A DNA stretch of 43,286 nucleotides from Gammaproteobacteria bacterium (GTDB lineage Bacteria; Pseudomonadota; Gammaproteobacteria; SZUA-152). Location: the NCBI GenBank assembly GCA_013151575.1, contig JAADHZ010000073.1, positions 1-43,286 of the forward strand. Direction: 5' to 3'. The notes under the pieces were generated by a model. That model searched no databases and had not been told where the DNA came from. It was given only the letters and a program-made list of their open reading frames with translations. Shown here piece after piece: positions 10,420-22,414 of this stretch (the first letter of the stretch is position 1; each line of letters opens with the position of its first letter). A program made the translations under genes and the position numbers.

Positions 10420-11445
10420 CTAGTCTTCTTTCGTTTCCTGCAAACGGCTTTCCAGCCGACCCAGTCGCCGGGCCATATCGTCCAGCTGCTTCATTCGCAC
10501 ATAATTTTTGCGCCACTGGGCATTTTTTTCCAGCGGTGTCCCAGAGGAGAAAACACCCGATTCGGTAATGGATTTGGCCACATGGGACATGCCCGTAATG
10601 GTGACATTATCCGCGATCTCGAGATGGCCCACAATGCCCACAGCGCCGCCGATGGCACAGTGGGCTCCGATACGCGCACTACCGGCGATGGCGGAACACG
10701 CGGCGACGGCGGTGTGAGCCCCGATGCGCACGTTGTGGCCAATCTGGACGAGGTTGTCGAGTTTAACGCCGTCACCAATAATGGTGTCTTCCAGGGCCCC
10801 ACGATCCACGGTGGTGTTGGCCCCGATGTCAACATCATCACCAATCACCACTTGCCCTACTTGCGGCACCTTCAGCCAGCGTCCCTGGTCCTTGGCGAGA
10901 CCGAAGCCGTCCGCACCGATCACCACGCCGGGATGCAGAATCACCCGGGCGCCGATCCTGCATCCGTGACTAATGGTGACATTGGCCAGCAGCCGGGTGT
11001 CGGCGCCGATCACCGCATTGACGCCGATGACGCAACCCGGACCAATATCACACCCCGCAGCCAACACCGCACCGGCCTCCACGACACATTGCGGCCCTAC
11101 CCGGGCCTCTGAATGTACTTGGCTCTGCTCGTGGATGACCGCGGAAGGATGTACGCCGGGTTCAGATACCGGCGCAGGATACAGCCAAGCGGCAACCTGT
11201 GCATAAGCCGCATGAGGATTGCTCACCACCAAGCCGTTGGTGCGCAGATACGGCAAATCTTTTTCTGCGAGTATGACCGCAGAAGCGTTAACACCGGCGA
11301 GCTTGCGGCATAAGCGGGGGTTGGCAAGGAAAGTGATATCCCCTGCTCCGGCATCAACCAAGCTGGCGACTTTTGACACCACGTAGTCGCCATCACCCAC
11401 AACACGGGCATCAAGCCTTTTTGCCAGTGCCCGCAGAGTGAACAT
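10420..11445 (-). CDS. lpxD: UDP-3-O-acylglucosamine N-acyltransferase
   Basis: [38 protein letters not shown]. Confidence 0.97.
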   Translation of the reverse strand: MFTLRALAKRLDARVVGDGDYVVSKVASLVDAGAGDITFLANPRLCRKLAGVNASAVILAEKDLPYLRTNGLVVSNPHAAYAQVAAWLYPAPVSEPGVHPSAVIHEQSQVHSEARVGPQCVVEAGAVLAAGCDIGPGCVIGVNAVIGADTRLLANVTISHGCRIGARVILHPGVVIGADGFGLAKDQGRWLKVPQVGQVVIGDDVDIGANTTVDRGALEDTIIGDGVKLDNLVQIGHNVRIGAHTAVAACSAIAGSARIGAHCAIGGAVGIVGHLEIADNVTITGMSHVAKSITESGVFSSGTPLEKNAQWRKNYVRMKQLDDMARRLGRLESRLQETKED

Positions 11446-11459
11446 AGCGTGCCCGGTTT

Positions 11460-12011
11460 TTATTTTTTGGCGCCCTGGTTAAATTCCTGCTTAAGACGCC
11501 CCAGCACTTGATCGGAGATATCAACACGGTCGCTGGAGTACACCACTCCGTCACTCAGCACAAGATCGTAATTCTGTTTTTTGGCAATATCGCTGATCAC
11601 TTCGAACACCCGGCGGCGTAATTTATCGAAGGCCTCGTTACGGCGAATATTCAGATCTTCGCGAAATTCATCCTGGCCGCGTTTCAATTCCCGCTTGCGG
11701 GAAATAATATCGCGCTCCAGTTTACGACGCTCCGACTCGCTCATAATGGCACCATCACGGGTGAGTTTGTCTTCCAGATCACGCATGTCCTTTTGGCTGG
11801 CCACTAGCTTTTTATCGCGCGGTGAAAATTCTTTCTCCAAACGGTCACGTGCAGCCTCCGCCTGTGGGGCTTCTTCCAACACCCGTGGCGCGTTGACGAA
11901 ACCGATTTTAAACTCCGCCGCATCCACAGCCAGCGTGTAAACGCTCAGCAGTAAACCCAGGCTAACGGCCCGCCAGCAACCTTTTGATTTTTTGTGAACA
12001 GTGTCACTCAC
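11460..12011 (-). CDS. skp: OmpH/Skp periplasmic chaperone
   Basis: Signal peptide, KIGFVN, coiled coil, YDLVL...DIS; lies between bamA and lpxD. Confidence 0.93.
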   Translation of the reverse strand: MSDTVHKKSKGCWRAVSLGLLLSVYTLAVDAAEFKIGFVNAPRVLEEAPQAEAARDRLEKEFSPRDKKLVASQKDMRDLEDKLTRDGAIMSESERRKLERDIISRKRELKRGQDEFREDLNIRRNEAFDKLRRRVFEVISDIAKKQNYDLVLSDGVVYSSDRVDISDQVLGRLKQEFNQGAKK

Positions 12012-12174
12012 TGCACTTACCTCTAATTGTTTAGTTTTTAGGTCAACATGTTGATTCAGCTACGCACCTAACCATGGCAAAAACCCGGCTGGGCAACACC
12101 ACATCTCTCACCATTTTGGGCGAGGCGAGTCGCTAATGATGCCACGAATCCGAGCATGACCCAAACATGTAAAA

Positions 12175-14517
12175 TCAGAAAGGTGCCCCAATGGAAAATT
12201 GGAAAAATTCTGTCGTGTCTTCCGGTTTCGAGCGCAATGGCCAGGCCCAGTTGAATGTCAGGGCACCCACCCCTGTAATCCATACCGCCGAAAGACCATA
12301 GGCCGACCGTAAACCGTTAAGATCCACTTTTTCCGACGCGCCAAATACATTACCGACATCAATGAAGGTGCTAAGCCGGAAGGTCCGCGTTTCCTCCTCC
12401 GCAAAGGGTGATGGAAAGAACAATTCCATGCGGCCAATGACCTTGGAAGCGCCGCCGATAGCGCGCCTGGTATTCAGATCATCACGGGGACCCAGGGTAT
12501 TGCCACGAAAACCACGCACTGAGCGACTGCCGCCAGCGTAGTAGTGTTCATAAAAGGGTAATGCGCTGGTGCCACCATAACTGTCGCCGTACCCCAATTC
12601 TCCGGCCAGCGAAAACGTGACGGTATCGGTAATGGCTTTATACCAGCGTTGGCGAACACCCAATTTGTAATATTCCAAATCTCCACCAGGGGTGGCCACC
12701 CGTGCGGACAGTAGCGTGTAAGCACCTCGGTCCGGAAATATGGCGCGATTCCGCGTGTCATGAGACCAGCTCATTGAGGTGATGAAAGCGTTAAAATTGT
12801 TGCCATTTTTTTCGACCCATGTCTGATAGGTTGGAGGTGCCGTATCACTCCGGATTCTGAGGCGAGTATTTTCGAAACCCAGACTCAAGGAAGCACGACT
12901 GTATTCCGTGAGGGGAAAACCATAGGTCACGGTCGCGTTATTGCGGTTGGTGGAATAGGCCGCTAGGTTGGCCCGCGCCGCATTGGTTGACCGAGAACTC
13001 AGACTGAACCCCCGGCTAATACCGTCAGGTGTGTAATAAGGATTGGTGTAACTAAAGCGATAAATTGTGTTCACTCTGCTGTTGTTGATTTGAGTGCTGA
13101 CCCGTTTACCCGTGCCCAAAAAGTTATTCAGGGTCACGCTCATATTGAGCAACAAACCTTGAGTATCTCCATACCCCAGCCCCGCAGTGAAGTTTCCGGT
13201 AGAGCCTTCCTCCACGCCAAAGTTCAGGTCCACCTGGTCGGTGGTACCGGCGACAGCCAGAGTTTCCACATTGACTGAACCAAAATAGCCTAGTTTTTGC
13301 AGCCGTATTTTGGAGCGTTCCACCAATGGCGTAGACAGCCACCCTCCTTCCATTTGCCGTATTTCACGACGCACAATGCCATCTCGGGTTTTTGTATTAC
13401 CGGTGATGTTGATACGTCTCACATACACGCGGCTACCAGGTTCCACATAAAAAGTCAGCGCAATGCTACGTTTTTCTTCGTTGACATCCGGCACCGCATT
13501 AACATTGGCAAAGGCATAACCATCAACGGCCAGCCTTCCACTGATTTTATTGGTGGTGTTGGCTATCGCCCGCCGGGAAAAAACATCACCCGCTTTTACT
13601 TGCAGCAACGCCTCCAATTCCGGTTTCGGCACAATCAGGTTGCCAGCCAGCTTGACACCACTGACGGTGTATTTTTTACCCTCGGTCACGTTGATGCCGA
13701 TGTAAACATCACGTTTGTCCGGTGTGATGGAAACCTGGGCGGAATCAATGTTGAATCGAATGTAACCGCGATCAAGATAATACGATTTCAGCGTTTCCAA
13801 ATCCCCCTGCAATTCTTGTTTGGAGTATTTTCCACTGCCAGAAATTCCAGACCACATAGTTGGAGGGCTCAGTTCAAATTTGTCCAGCAGCCTTTCCTCA
13901 TCAAAGGCCTTCGCACCGACAATATTGATTTGCTTGATTTGCGCAGCATCACCCTCGTTGATGTCGATGACAATATCCACGCGATTGCGCTCTAGGTCGG
14001 TGAGCTTAGTGCTGACGGTTGCTCCGTATTTACCGAGGCTGAAATACTGCCGCTGAAGTTCCTGTTCCATTTGATCCAATAACGAGCGGTTAAAAATTCG
14101 GCCTTCCGTCAACCCCACTTCTTTCAGAGCCGAATTCAAATCGTCTGTTTGCAGATCCTTGTTACCAAACACTTTTATCTTGGCAATGGACGGGCGTTCT
14201 TCCACATTCACCACCAGAATATTGTCTTTGCGACTCAGTTGAATATCTTCAAAAAAACCGGTTTTGTACAAGGACCGAATAACATTTCCAGCTTTCGTGT
14301 CATCAAATTTTTCTCCCACTTTAACGGGCAAGTAATTAAATGTGGTGCCCAATGAGATACGCTGCAAGCCAAGCACTTCGATATCTTCAACCACAAACGC
14401 GTCCACAGCCCATGTTGGCGCACTGGCAAAAAACCAGAAGCAGCCCATCAAAACGGCAGCACTCACCCGGCGCAAATGCGCAAGACGATCCACAAAAAAT
14501 AAATCAATAACGCTCAA
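12175..14517 (-). CDS. bamA: Outer membrane protein assembly factor BamA
   Basis: POTRA repeats (GLQRI..GT; YLDRGYIRF), YAGGSRSVRGF, C-terminal FQFSIGAPF. Confidence 0.97.
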   Translation of the reverse strand: MSVIDLFFVDRLAHLRRVSAAVLMGCFWFFASAPTWAVDAFVVEDIEVLGLQRISLGTTFNYLPVKVGEKFDDTKAGNVIRSLYKTGFFEDIQLSRKDNILVVNVEERPSIAKIKVFGNKDLQTDDLNSALKEVGLTEGRIFNRSLLDQMEQELQRQYFSLGKYGATVSTKLTDLERNRVDIVIDINEGDAAQIKQINIVGAKAFDEERLLDKFELSPPTMWSGISGSGKYSKQELQGDLETLKSYYLDRGYIRFNIDSAQVSITPDKRDVYIGINVTEGKKYTVSGVKLAGNLIVPKPELEALLQVKAGDVFSRRAIANTTNKISGRLAVDGYAFANVNAVPDVNEEKRSIALTFYVEPGSRVYVRRINITGNTKTRDGIVRREIRQMEGGWLSTPLVERSKIRLQKLGYFGSVNVETLAVAGTTDQVDLNFGVEEGSTGNFTAGLGYGDTQGLLLNMSVTLNNFLGTGKRVSTQINNSRVNTIYRFSYTNPYYTPDGISRGFSLSSRSTNAARANLAAYSTNRNNATVTYGFPLTEYSRASLSLGFENTRLRIRSDTAPPTYQTWVEKNGNNFNAFITSMSWSHDTRNRAIFPDRGAYTLLSARVATPGGDLEYYKLGVRQRWYKAITDTVTFSLAGELGYGDSYGGTSALPFYEHYYAGGSRSVRGFRGNTLGPRDDLNTRRAIGGASKVIGRMELFFPSPFAEEETRTFRLSTFIDVGNVFGASEKVDLNGLRSAYGLSAVWITGVGALTFNWAWPLRSKPEDTTEFFQFSIGAPF

Positions 14518-14530
14518 AACTTTCCCCTAC

Positions 14531-14590
14531 TGATGAGTATATTGATCAGGCGACACAAGCAACCGACTATTGACCCGAGACAAGGCGGGC
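14531..14590 (+). repeat. Partial copy of MITE B overlapping the rseP 3' end
   Basis: 49/60 ungapped identity to 1667-1726, counted by hand. Confidence 0.8.
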
Positions 14591-15937
14591 GACATCGTTA
14601 TATAACGCGAGTGTCATCAACAGAACCAAAAAAGCAACGCCTACATGTTGCATTCGGGCCTGAACTGCATCGGACAAAGGTTTACCCTTGATCATTTCAA
14701 TGAGGTAATACATCAAGTGCCCACCATCGAGCAGTGGCACCGGCAATAAATTGAGCACCCCTAAGCTGATACTGACCACCGCCAGAAAATACAGGAAAGC
14801 ACCAATCCCGATGCTGGCGGTATAGCCTGCATACGTGGCGATGGTGATGGGGCCACTAAGGTTTTTCAGCGCCACCTCGCCGGTAAACATTTTCCCGATC
14901 ATGCGCAGGGTCAGCACCGACAGTTGCCAGGTTTTGGCCGTGGCGACACCCATCGCCTCAAAGACAGGATACTGCACTTCGGCGGCCAGTTCCGGCGGCG
15001 GTGGCCCTGCCGGTTTCACACCAGCGCCGATAAGACCAACGCTTTTGCCGTCTTGCTCCGTCACGGCCGGGGTCACCCCAATGTTGAGCACCGCGCCGTC
15101 GCGCTCCACTTCAAGCTGAAGACTGTTGCCGGGATTTTTTCGAACCACGTCCACCAGCGCCATCCAGTCCGCCAGCGGTTCACCATTGGCACTCAGCACC
15201 TGGTCACCCGAACGCAAGCCTGCCTGCTCGGCCGCGCCGCCAGCTTTCAATTCGCCTAATACCGCTGGCAGCAACGGACGCGCGGGAGCCAAGCCCAGAT
15301 GTGAAAACAGGTTTTTTTGCTTTTTCTCCGCAGGAATATCGGCCACCGACAGCGTCAGCGTTTGTGCTTGGCCGTCTTTTCCGCGCACCACCACGGACAC
15401 GCTGTCCGCATCCAGCGTTTCATCCAGCAGGGTTATTCGGGCCGTGCTCCAGGTGGGCGTCAAGTGGCCGTTGATGCTGGTAATTTGGTCGCCGGTCTGA
15501 AATCCCGCAACAGCGGCGGGTGACTCCGGTAGCACCTCGCCGATGATGGGTTTCATGCCGGGCACGCCAATCACATACATTAGCCAAAAAGCCAGGATGG
15601 CAAAAATAAAATTGAACATCGGCCCGGCCGCGACGATGGCGAAACGACGCCACACGGTTTGGCGATTGAAAGCGCGATGCTGCTCTTCCGGTGCGACCTC
15701 GCCCTCGCGCTCGTCCAGCATTTTGACGTAACCACCCAGCGGTATCATCGCCAGCACATATTCGGTTTGATCGGGTCCGCTGCGGCGCATCAACAGCGGT
15801 TTGCCAAAACCGACGGAATACCGCAGCACTTTCACGCCAAGTTTACGTGCCGTCCAAAAATGGCCGAACTCGTGAAATGCGATCAATAGGCCCAACGTGA
15901 CGACCAGCGCCAGTACCGAGATAATAAAACTGCTCAT
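14567..15937 (-). CDS. rseP: RIP metalloprotease RseP
   Basis: [14 protein letters not shown], two PDZ domains, [11 protein letters not shown]. Confidence 0.97.
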   Translation of the reverse strand: MSSFIISVLALVVTLGLLIAFHEFGHFWTARKLGVKVLRYSVGFGKPLLMRRSGPDQTEYVLAMIPLGGYVKMLDEREGEVAPEEQHRAFNRQTVWRRFAIVAAGPMFNFIFAILAFWLMYVIGVPGMKPIIGEVLPESPAAVAGFQTGDQITSINGHLTPTWSTARITLLDETLDADSVSVVVRGKDGQAQTLTLSVADIPAEKKQKNLFSHLGLAPARPLLPAVLGELKAGGAAEQAGLRSGDQVLSANGEPLADWMALVDVVRKNPGNSLQLEVERDGAVLNIGVTPAVTEQDGKSVGLIGAGVKPAGPPPPELAAEVQYPVFEAMGVATAKTWQLSVLTLRMIGKMFTGEVALKNLSGPITIATYAGYTASIGIGAFLYFLAVVSISLGVLNLLPVPLLDGGHLMYYLIEMIKGKPLSDAVQARMQHVGVAFLVLLMTLALYNDVARLVSGQ

Positions 15938-17175
15938 GCATGCATTCCTTTCACAAAATCTTGCGCTGTTTCACGCGCAGCCCGATCCGCATCCAACACA
16001 ATGTCCAGAGACTCGGCGGGCACTGCGGTAAGCTTATTCAAGGTGGTTTCAACCACCACGGGGATATCGGTAAAGGTCGTCCGCCCGGCGAGGAATTCCT
16101 CCACCGCGATTTCATTGGCGGCATTCAAAATCGCCGGGGCCGTCCCCCCCTCAGCAGCGGCTTCATAGGCCAGACGCAGGCAGGGGAAACGCACCAAATC
16201 CGGCACTTCAAAATCCAGTCGCGCCACGTCAAACAGGTCGAGACGTTTGACGCCGGAGGTCATGCGTTGGGGCCAAGCCATGGCGTGTGCTATGGGGGTG
16301 CGCATGTCGGGATGACCCAACTGGGCGAGCACCGAGCCATCAACATAAGACACCATGGAATGAATCACACTTTGTGGGTGAATCACCACCTGGATACGAT
16401 CCGGCGTGGTACCGAACAGCCAGCAGGCCTCGATCAGTTCCAGCCCTTTGTTCATCATGGTGGCGGAATCCACGGAAATTTTCCGGCCCATGCTCCAATT
16501 GGGATGGGCGCAGGCCTGCTCGGGAGTGACTTTTTCCAGTTGGGCAGCATCAGCAGTACGAAATGGGCCACCCGATGCAGTGAGCAAAATTTTCTCGACA
16601 CCGACGGCATCCAGCCCGCGATCAAAATCCACCGGCATGCTCTGAAAAATGGCGTTGTGTTCACTATCGATGGGCAATAACTCGGCGTGATTATCGCGCA
16701 CCTCATCAATAAACAGCTGCCCGGACATGACCAGGGCTTCCTTGTTGGCCAACAGAATCCGCTTGCCCGCGCGAGCCGCAGCCAGGCTGGGACGCAACCC
16801 CGCCGCCCCCACAATAGCTGCCATCACCTGATCGGTTTGTTCCAGCGAGGCCACCGTCTCCAGGCCCTCAATACCCGTAAGCACCGTGGTAGCCAGACCT
16901 TCCGAGGTGATGTGCGCCTGTGCTTGTTCGGCGGCATCCGAATCTGCCAGCACCACAAATTCAGGTTTAAACCGGCGGCATTGCGCCAGCAGGCGGTCCA
17001 CCTGTCGGTTGGCGGTAAGGGCCACCACCCGATACCGGTCCGGGTGCCGACCGATAACGTCCAGGGTGCTCACACCGATGGAGCCGGTAGCCCCAAGCAC
17101 GGTGACGCCAACAGGCGCTCCCCCCGAAAAATTACCGGATGATGGATACGGAGGCGCGGTCAACTGAAATTCCAT
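15934..17175 (-). CDS. dxr: 1-deoxy-D-xylulose-5-phosphate reductoisomerase
   Basis: [47 protein letters not shown]; exact start uncertain. Confidence 0.97.
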   Translation of the reverse strand: MEFQLTAPPYPSSGNFSGGAPVGVTVLGATGSIGVSTLDVIGRHPDRYRVVALTANRQVDRLLAQCRRFKPEFVVLADSDAAEQAQAHITSEGLATTVLTGIEGLETVASLEQTDQVMAAIVGAAGLRPSLAAARAGKRILLANKEALVMSGQLFIDEVRDNHAELLPIDSEHNAIFQSMPVDFDRGLDAVGVEKILLTASGGPFRTADAAQLEKVTPEQACAHPNWSMGRKISVDSATMMNKGLELIEACWLFGTTPDRIQVVIHPQSVIHSMVSYVDGSVLAQLGHPDMRTPIAHAMAWPQRMTSGVKRLDLFDVARLDFEVPDLVRFPCLRLAYEAAAEGGTAPAILNAANEIAVEEFLAGRTTFTDIPVVVETTLNKLTAVPAESLDIVLDADRAARETAQDFVKGMHA

Positions 17176-17999
17176 TGTTGAAAATCAAACAACCATAGGC
17201 CCACGACGAACACCGGCGCCGCTGCGGTGATGCTGTCGATGCGATCCAGCACGCCGCCATGCCCTGGCAACAACACACCACTGTCTTTTACGCCTGCGTG
17301 GCGCTTGAACATACTTTCGGTCAAGTCACCCAAAATGGAAAAAATAACGGTCACCAGCGACAAGACCACCAACGCCAACATCGGGTTCCCCGAGATTCCG
17401 AAAAAGTACGAACCGAGCACCGCAAAAACCAAGCTGGCCGCCAATGCGCTGCACACTCCTTCCCAGGTTTTTCCCGGGCTAACCTCGGCCGCTAGTTTTC
17501 GCTTTCCCCAGCGACGGCCACCAAAATAGGCGCCAATGTCAGCGCACCAAATCAATAACAACAGGTACAGCACCAAGGCTGGCCCCTGGCTGGGAGTTTG
17601 ATGCAGCCCCACCACTGCCAGCCAGGCGGGAACCAGCACCAGCAAACCGATCACCGTTTGCATCCAGCGTGAAGACCAGCGCCGCACCGAATGGGGAAAG
17701 CTCCACACCCACACTAACGCCAACAACCACCAGAAAAGACTCAGCACCGGTAAAACCAACCAGCCATTGGCGGCCCAGTCCACCCATCCCCAAACAGCAA
17801 GTAACGAGCCACCGACCACCGCCGCGTACAAACCGCGCAAGGGCAGGGATTCAAGTTTCATGAAACCGCCCCACTCCCAGCCGCCCTGAACAATGAGTAC
17901 ACCGAGGACCAGAGCAAGATACGGCGTGGGAGACGCCAGCACCGCCCAGATAATCAGCGGCGCGAGAATAGAGGCGGTGATTATGCGCTGTTTAAGCAT
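17160..17999 (-). CDS. cdsA: Phosphatidate cytidylyltransferase
   Basis: MLKQRIITA start, [26 protein letters not shown]. Confidence 0.96.
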   Translation of the reverse strand: MLKQRIITASILAPLIIWAVLASPTPYLALVLGVLIVQGGWEWGGFMKLESLPLRGLYAAVVGGSLLAVWGWVDWAANGWLVLPVLSLFWWLLALVWVWSFPHSVRRWSSRWMQTVIGLLVLVPAWLAVVGLHQTPSQGPALVLYLLLLIWCADIGAYFGGRRWGKRKLAAEVSPGKTWEGVCSALAASLVFAVLGSYFFGISGNPMLALVVLSLVTVIFSILGDLTESMFKRHAGVKDSGVLLPGHGGVLDRIDSITAAAPVFVVGLWLFDFQQWNFS

Positions 18000-18777
18000 C
18001 GTGTTGGCAACTGTCGGGTTGGCACGCTTGCACAACCTGTTTTCCGGTGCGGCCAAATCGCCGCTGACGACCGGCAAAAGAGACAAAGGCTTCGTCCAGT
18101 GCTGTTTCGTCGAAATCCGGCCACAGGGTGTCGGTAAAATAGAGTTCGGTATACGCCAGCTGCCATAACATGAAGTTACTGACGCGCTGCTCCCCACCCG
18201 TGCGAATAAACAAGTCCGGTTCCGGCAGACCATGAGTGGAAAGACCCTGCGCTATAAGCTCCGGGGAAATATCATCCACGGACAATTCGCCCGCCGCCAC
18301 CCGCGCCGCCAGTTTTTTGGCCGCATGGGCAACATCCCAACGCCCGCCGTAGTTGGCTGCCACCACCACGGTCAGTCCAGTGTTATCGTGGGTCAACGCC
18401 TCTGCTTTTTTGATGCGGTCTTGCAGGGGTTTGCTGAATTTTCCAATGTCGCCGATAACGCGTAGGCGCACATTGTTTTTGTGCATGCGTTTTATCTCCC
18501 GCCCCAGCGCGGTCATAAACAGTTCCATAAGCAAACCCACTTCTTTCTTCGGGCGTCGCCAATTTTCGCTGCTAAACGCAAACAATGTCAGGACTTCCAC
18601 CTTTTTTTTCGCACAGACTTCCACGACGCCTTGTACGGCCTCCACGCCAGCACGATGGCCCATGATGCGCATTTTGTTGCGGCTTTCCGCCCAGCGGCCA
18701 TTGCCATCCATAATAATGGCCACATGACGGGGCAGCGTTTGCGCAGTGTGGGACACGGCTGCTTGATCACCCGACAT
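17992..18777 (-). CDS. uppS: Undecaprenyl diphosphate synthase
   Basis: HVAIIMDGNGRWA, FAFSSENWRRP, NYGGR, IRTGGE.RVSNFMLWQ. Confidence 0.97.
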   Translation of the reverse strand: MSGDQAAVSHTAQTLPRHVAIIMDGNGRWAESRNKMRIMGHRAGVEAVQGVVEVCAKKKVEVLTLFAFSSENWRRPKKEVGLLMELFMTALGREIKRMHKNNVRLRVIGDIGKFSKPLQDRIKKAEALTHDNTGLTVVVAANYGGRWDVAHAAKKLAARVAAGELSVDDISPELIAQGLSTHGLPEPDLFIRTGGEQRVSNFMLWQLAYTELYFTDTLWPDFDETALDEAFVSFAGRQRRFGRTGKQVVQACQPDSCQHDA

Positions 18778-18968
18778 GCGTCATCTAACCCTTGCGCTGA
18801 CGGCAGCGGCATTTTCTGATGGGCAACATGCCAACAACCGAGAAAGAATCATGGAGAACCGGGGCAGTTCCAGGCCTGACAAATTGAGTTTTTGTTTCAT
18901 CACCGACAAAAATACCTATCCGAAAATAAGCTGTGGTTTTATTCCTTTAACGCCAGAAATGGTGGTAC

Positions 18969-19526
18969 TTACAACTCCATCAAATCTTTTTCTTTTTCCT
19001 TTAACACCAGGTCCACTTCGGCGATGTACTTGTCCGTGAGTTTTTGCACACTGTCTTCGGACTGACGTTCTTCATCTTCGGTAATGTCTTTTTCTTTCAG
19101 CAGCGCCTTCACATCGCTGTTGGCGTCACGACGGATATTGCGGATGGCCACCTTGGCATGTTCACCCTCGCTACGCACCAGCTTGATCATGTCCTTGCGA
19201 CGCTCTTCCGTCAGCGGCGGCAACGGCACGCGAATTACGGTGCCGGAGGTGGCGGGATTGAGTCCTAAGTTTGAGGTGAGAATGGCTTTTTCCACAACCT
19301 GCACCATGGGTTTTTCCCAGGGCGTGACCGTTAACATGCGGGCATCGGTCACCGAAACCGTCGCTACTTGTGACAGCGGCGTGGGGCTGCCGTAGTAATC
19401 CACGGTAATATGGTCAAGCAAACTGGTATGGGCACGACCTGTGCGTAGCTTGGTTAATTCACTTTTGAGTGAGTCAATACTTTTGCCCATGCGACTCTGG
19501 GCGTCTTTTTGGATTTCATCGATCAT
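18969..19526 (-). CDS. frr: Ribosome recycling factor
   Basis: [29 protein letters not shown]; start MIDEI at 19526. Confidence 0.97.
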   Translation of the reverse strand: MIDEIQKDAQSRMGKSIDSLKSELTKLRTGRAHTSLLDHITVDYYGSPTPLSQVATVSVTDARMLTVTPWEKPMVQVVEKAILTSNLGLNPATSGTVIRVPLPPLTEERRKDMIKLVRSEGEHAKVAIRNIRRDANSDVKALLKEKDITEDEERQSEDSVQKLTDKYIAEVDLVLKEKEKDLMEL

Positions 19527-19555
19527 GGGGCGTTTTCTCTCTCTGCATCCCAGCA

Positions 19556-20281
19556 CTATTGAACCAGCGTGCCTTCGTCCTCACCCATCATGATGCGCAT
19601 CAACGCACCGGGTTTGTTCATATTAAAAACACGCACTGGCATGGACTGGTCTCGGCACAGGGCAATAGCCGTTGCATCCATGACGCCCAGTTTTTTTGCC
19701 AGCACTTCGTCATAACTCAATGTGGAATAGCGCACCGCATTTTTATCTTTCATCGGGTCGGCAGAATAAACACCGTCCACCTTGGTGGCCTTGAGCACCA
19801 GTTGCGCTCCGATTTCGAGACCACGCAGGCTAGCGGCCGAGTCTGTGGTAAAAAATGGATTACCGGTACCCGCGGCAAAAATCACCACTCTGCCCTTTTC
19901 AAGGTGCCGAACCGCTCGGCGCTGGATGTAAGGCTCACTCACCTCTTTGACCGCCAGGGCAGACAATACCCGCACTTCCATGCCATGCCGCTCCAGGGCG
20001 TCCTGCATGGAAAGGGCATTAATCAGCGTGGCCAACATGCCCATGTAATCGCCGGTGGTGCGTTCCATGCCGCTGGCAGCGAGGCTCACGCCACGGAAAA
20101 TATTGCCGCCCCCGATCACCAGTGCGACTTCAATGCCTGCATCCACCAGTTGCTTGATTTCCACCGAGGTGCGATCGATCACTGCGGGGTCAATGCCAAA
20201 CTCGGCATCCCCCATTAATGCCTCTCCGCTGAGCTTCAGCAGGATACGCTTGTACACAACCTTGCCGGTGGAATCTGTCAT
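19556..20281 (-). CDS. pyrH: UMP kinase
   Basis: [31 protein letters not shown]. Confidence 0.98.
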   Translation of the reverse strand: MTDSTGKVVYKRILLKLSGEALMGDAEFGIDPAVIDRTSVEIKQLVDAGIEVALVIGGGNIFRGVSLAASGMERTTGDYMGMLATLINALSMQDALERHGMEVRVLSALAVKEVSEPYIQRRAVRHLEKGRVVIFAAGTGNPFFTTDSAASLRGLEIGAQLVLKATKVDGVYSADPMKDKNAVRYSTLSYDEVLAKKLGVMDATAIALCRDQSMPVRVFNMNKPGALMRIMMGEDEGTLVQ

Positions 20282-20284
20282 TGG

Positions 20285-21160
20285 CTAACCTTTGGCCTGG
20301 GCCATCACTTCTTCAGCAAAATTTTCGACTTTTTTCTCGATACCCTCACCCACTTCCAGGCGATCAAAACTCACCACGGTGGCACCGGCGTCCTTCAGCA
20401 ACTGTTCCACGGTCTGGTCGGGATTTTTGACGAAAGGCTGACCCAGCAGGGTGACTTCCTTGAGGAATTTTTTGATGCGACCAGCTACCATTTTTTCGAC
20501 AATCTCAGGGGGCTTGCCACTCTCGGCGGCCTGCGCAGCGAAAATCTCTTTTTCTTTCTCGATCAGCTCAGCGGACACATCGGATTCGGCGACACAGGCG
20601 GGCTTGCTGGCCGCGATGTGCATGGCGATATCTTTTGCCAGGGCCTCATTACCACCCTGCAACTCCACCAACACACCGATGCGACCGCCGTGCAGGTAAG
20701 CCGCCAGCACACCATCAGTGCTGCGGGCCACAAAACGGCGCACGTTTATATTTTCGCCGACCTTCGCGATCAAGGCTTTGGTGGCGTCAGCCACGGTAGC
20801 ACCGCTGTCCAGCGATATCGCCAACAGAACATCCAAATCCGCAGGCTGGTTGTCCAGCGCTGCCTGAGTCACCGCATTGGCAAAACCCAGGAAATCCTCA
20901 CCCTTGGTGACAAAATCAGTTTCGCAGTTCACTTCCACCATGGCGGCAGTTTTTCCGTCGTTGCTGCCTTTGAAAATGATCAAACCCTCGGCGGCGATGC
21001 GGCCCGCCTTTTTATCGGCCTTGGCCAGGCCGGTTTTGCGCATGTGTTCGATGGCGGTTTCGATGTCGCCATCCATTTCCACCAGTGCCTTCTTGCACTC
21101 CATCATGCCGGCGCCGGTGCGCTCGCGCAGTTCCTTTACCAGGGCTGCTGTAATTGCCAT
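20285..21160 (-). CDS. tsf: Elongation factor Ts
   Basis: [28 protein letters not shown]. Confidence 0.98.
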   Translation of the reverse strand: MAITAALVKELRERTGAGMMECKKALVEMDGDIETAIEHMRKTGLAKADKKAGRIAAEGLIIFKGSNDGKTAAMVEVNCETDFVTKGEDFLGFANAVTQAALDNQPADLDVLLAISLDSGATVADATKALIAKVGENINVRRFVARSTDGVLAAYLHGGRIGVLVELQGGNEALAKDIAMHIAASKPACVAESDVSAELIEKEKEIFAAQAAESGKPPEIVEKMVAGRIKKFLKEVTLLGQPFVKNPDQTVEQLLKDAGATVVSFDRLEVGEGIEKKVENFAEEVMAQAKG

Positions 21161-21322
21161 TGTGCTTGTCCTCGAAATTCGTTGATCTGTTTGAGCCGTT
21201 GCAACGCCTGGCGCTGCAACGAACTCACCGGCCTAAAAATATCTGGCCGGTGAGCGTCTCTTTCACTTGTGGTATGCCGAATACTCACGGGCCTCAAACG
21301 GCCCGGCGAACAGGGTTTGCCT

Positions 21323-22150
21323 TTATTTGCTTTCCGCAGCAGCCGCAGGTGTTTCGGCGGCCACAACTTTTTCGACAACCGCAGGCGCTTCAACAGCCGC
21401 AGGTTTTTCCACAGCGGGCTCTTCGATGACCTCAACAAAACTGTCCCCGCTACCAGCGGTCTGTAGCACTGCGGAACGGCTTTCCACAATGGCGTCCGCC
21501 ACGCCTCGCACGTATAGCTGAATGGCGCGCATGGCGTCATCGTTACCGGGCACGATGTAGTCAATGCCATCTGGATTGGTATTGGTGTCTACGATACCCA
21601 CCACCGGAATGCCCAGCTTACGGGCTTCGGAGACAGCGATTTTTTCGTGCCCTACGTCAATGACGAACACGGCGTCGGGCAGACCGTTCATATCCTTGAT
21701 GCCGCCGAGGCTGCGATTCAGCTTTTCCTGCTCACGGGTCAGCATCAGGGCTTCTTTCTTACCGACTTTGGCAAAACTGCCGTCCAGGGCCATGGCTTCC
21801 AGTTCTTTGAGCCGTTGGATGGAGCGCTTGACGGTATTGAAGTTGGTGAGCATGCCACCCAGCCAGCGGTGATTCACATACGGCATACCCGCACGTTCGG
21901 CATGTTCCTTGACGTTGTCCCCTGCGGCACGCTTGGTGCCTACAAACAGGACTTTGCCCTTGCCGGACGCCAACTTGCCCAGAAAATTCGTGGCATCGTT
22001 GTACATCGGAAGGGTCTTTTCGAGATTGATAATATGGATTTTGTTACGCTCGCCGAAGATGTACTCTGCCATCTTGGGGTTCCAGTAACGGGCCTGGTGG
22101 CCGAAATGCACACCAGCCTCCAACATTTGACGCATGGTCACTTTGGACAT
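21323..22150 (-). CDS. rpsB: 30S ribosomal protein S2
   Basis: [25 protein letters not shown]; Ala/Glu-rich tail. Confidence 0.98.
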   Translation of the reverse strand: MSKVTMRQMLEAGVHFGHQARYWNPKMAEYIFGERNKIHIINLEKTLPMYNDATNFLGKLASGKGKVLFVGTKRAAGDNVKEHAERAGMPYVNHRWLGGMLTNFNTVKRSIQRLKELEAMALDGSFAKVGKKEALMLTREQEKLNRSLGGIKDMNGLPDAVFVIDVGHEKIAVSEARKLGIPVVGIVDTNTNPDGIDYIVPGNDDAMRAIQLYVRGVADAIVESRSAVLQTAGSGDSFVEVIEEPAVEKPAAVEAPAVVEKVVAAETPAAAAESK

Positions 22151-22262
22151 AATTCAACTCCTGAATCGGGTTTGGCCTCCACGCGCCCCATATTTCAACC
22201 CGGTTACAGCTAATGCTGCTGTCCAGGCACCCTGAAATACGTGTCGGCGCGTGTGCGGATTT
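22151..22262 (-). promoter_or_regulatory. rpsB leader (t44/tff-type S2 autoregulatory RNA)
   Basis: Minus strand CACACGCGCCGACACG...GGGTGCC...GGGTTG...GGGGCGCGTGGAGGC.AAACCC, matching the layout of the gammaproteobacterial S2 leader. Confidence 0.75.
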
Positions 22263-22321
22263 ACGGGTTGGGGGACGTTTAAAAGCGTAATCGTCACCAC
22301 CTTCCCGGTGATTGCCTAAAT

Positions 22322-22339
22322 GGCGCGGGCTTTATACCA
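22322..22339 (-). promoter_or_regulatory. rpsB extended -10 promoter with GC-rich discriminator
   Basis: Minus strand TGGTATAAAGCCCGCGCC, like the conserved rpsB promoter TGnTATAAA-GCGCGC. Confidence 0.75.
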
Positions 22340-22414
22340 TATGCGACCTTTTTCAACAAATGAAAACACCGAATTTCCGCCTACGGGCCATCGAGTCCAG
22401 GAACCCCATACATC

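Noticed and set aside
21330-21425. Repetitive PAVE/AAVE codons at the rpsB end
   Set aside because: Common low-complexity S2 tail, not a DNA repeat element.
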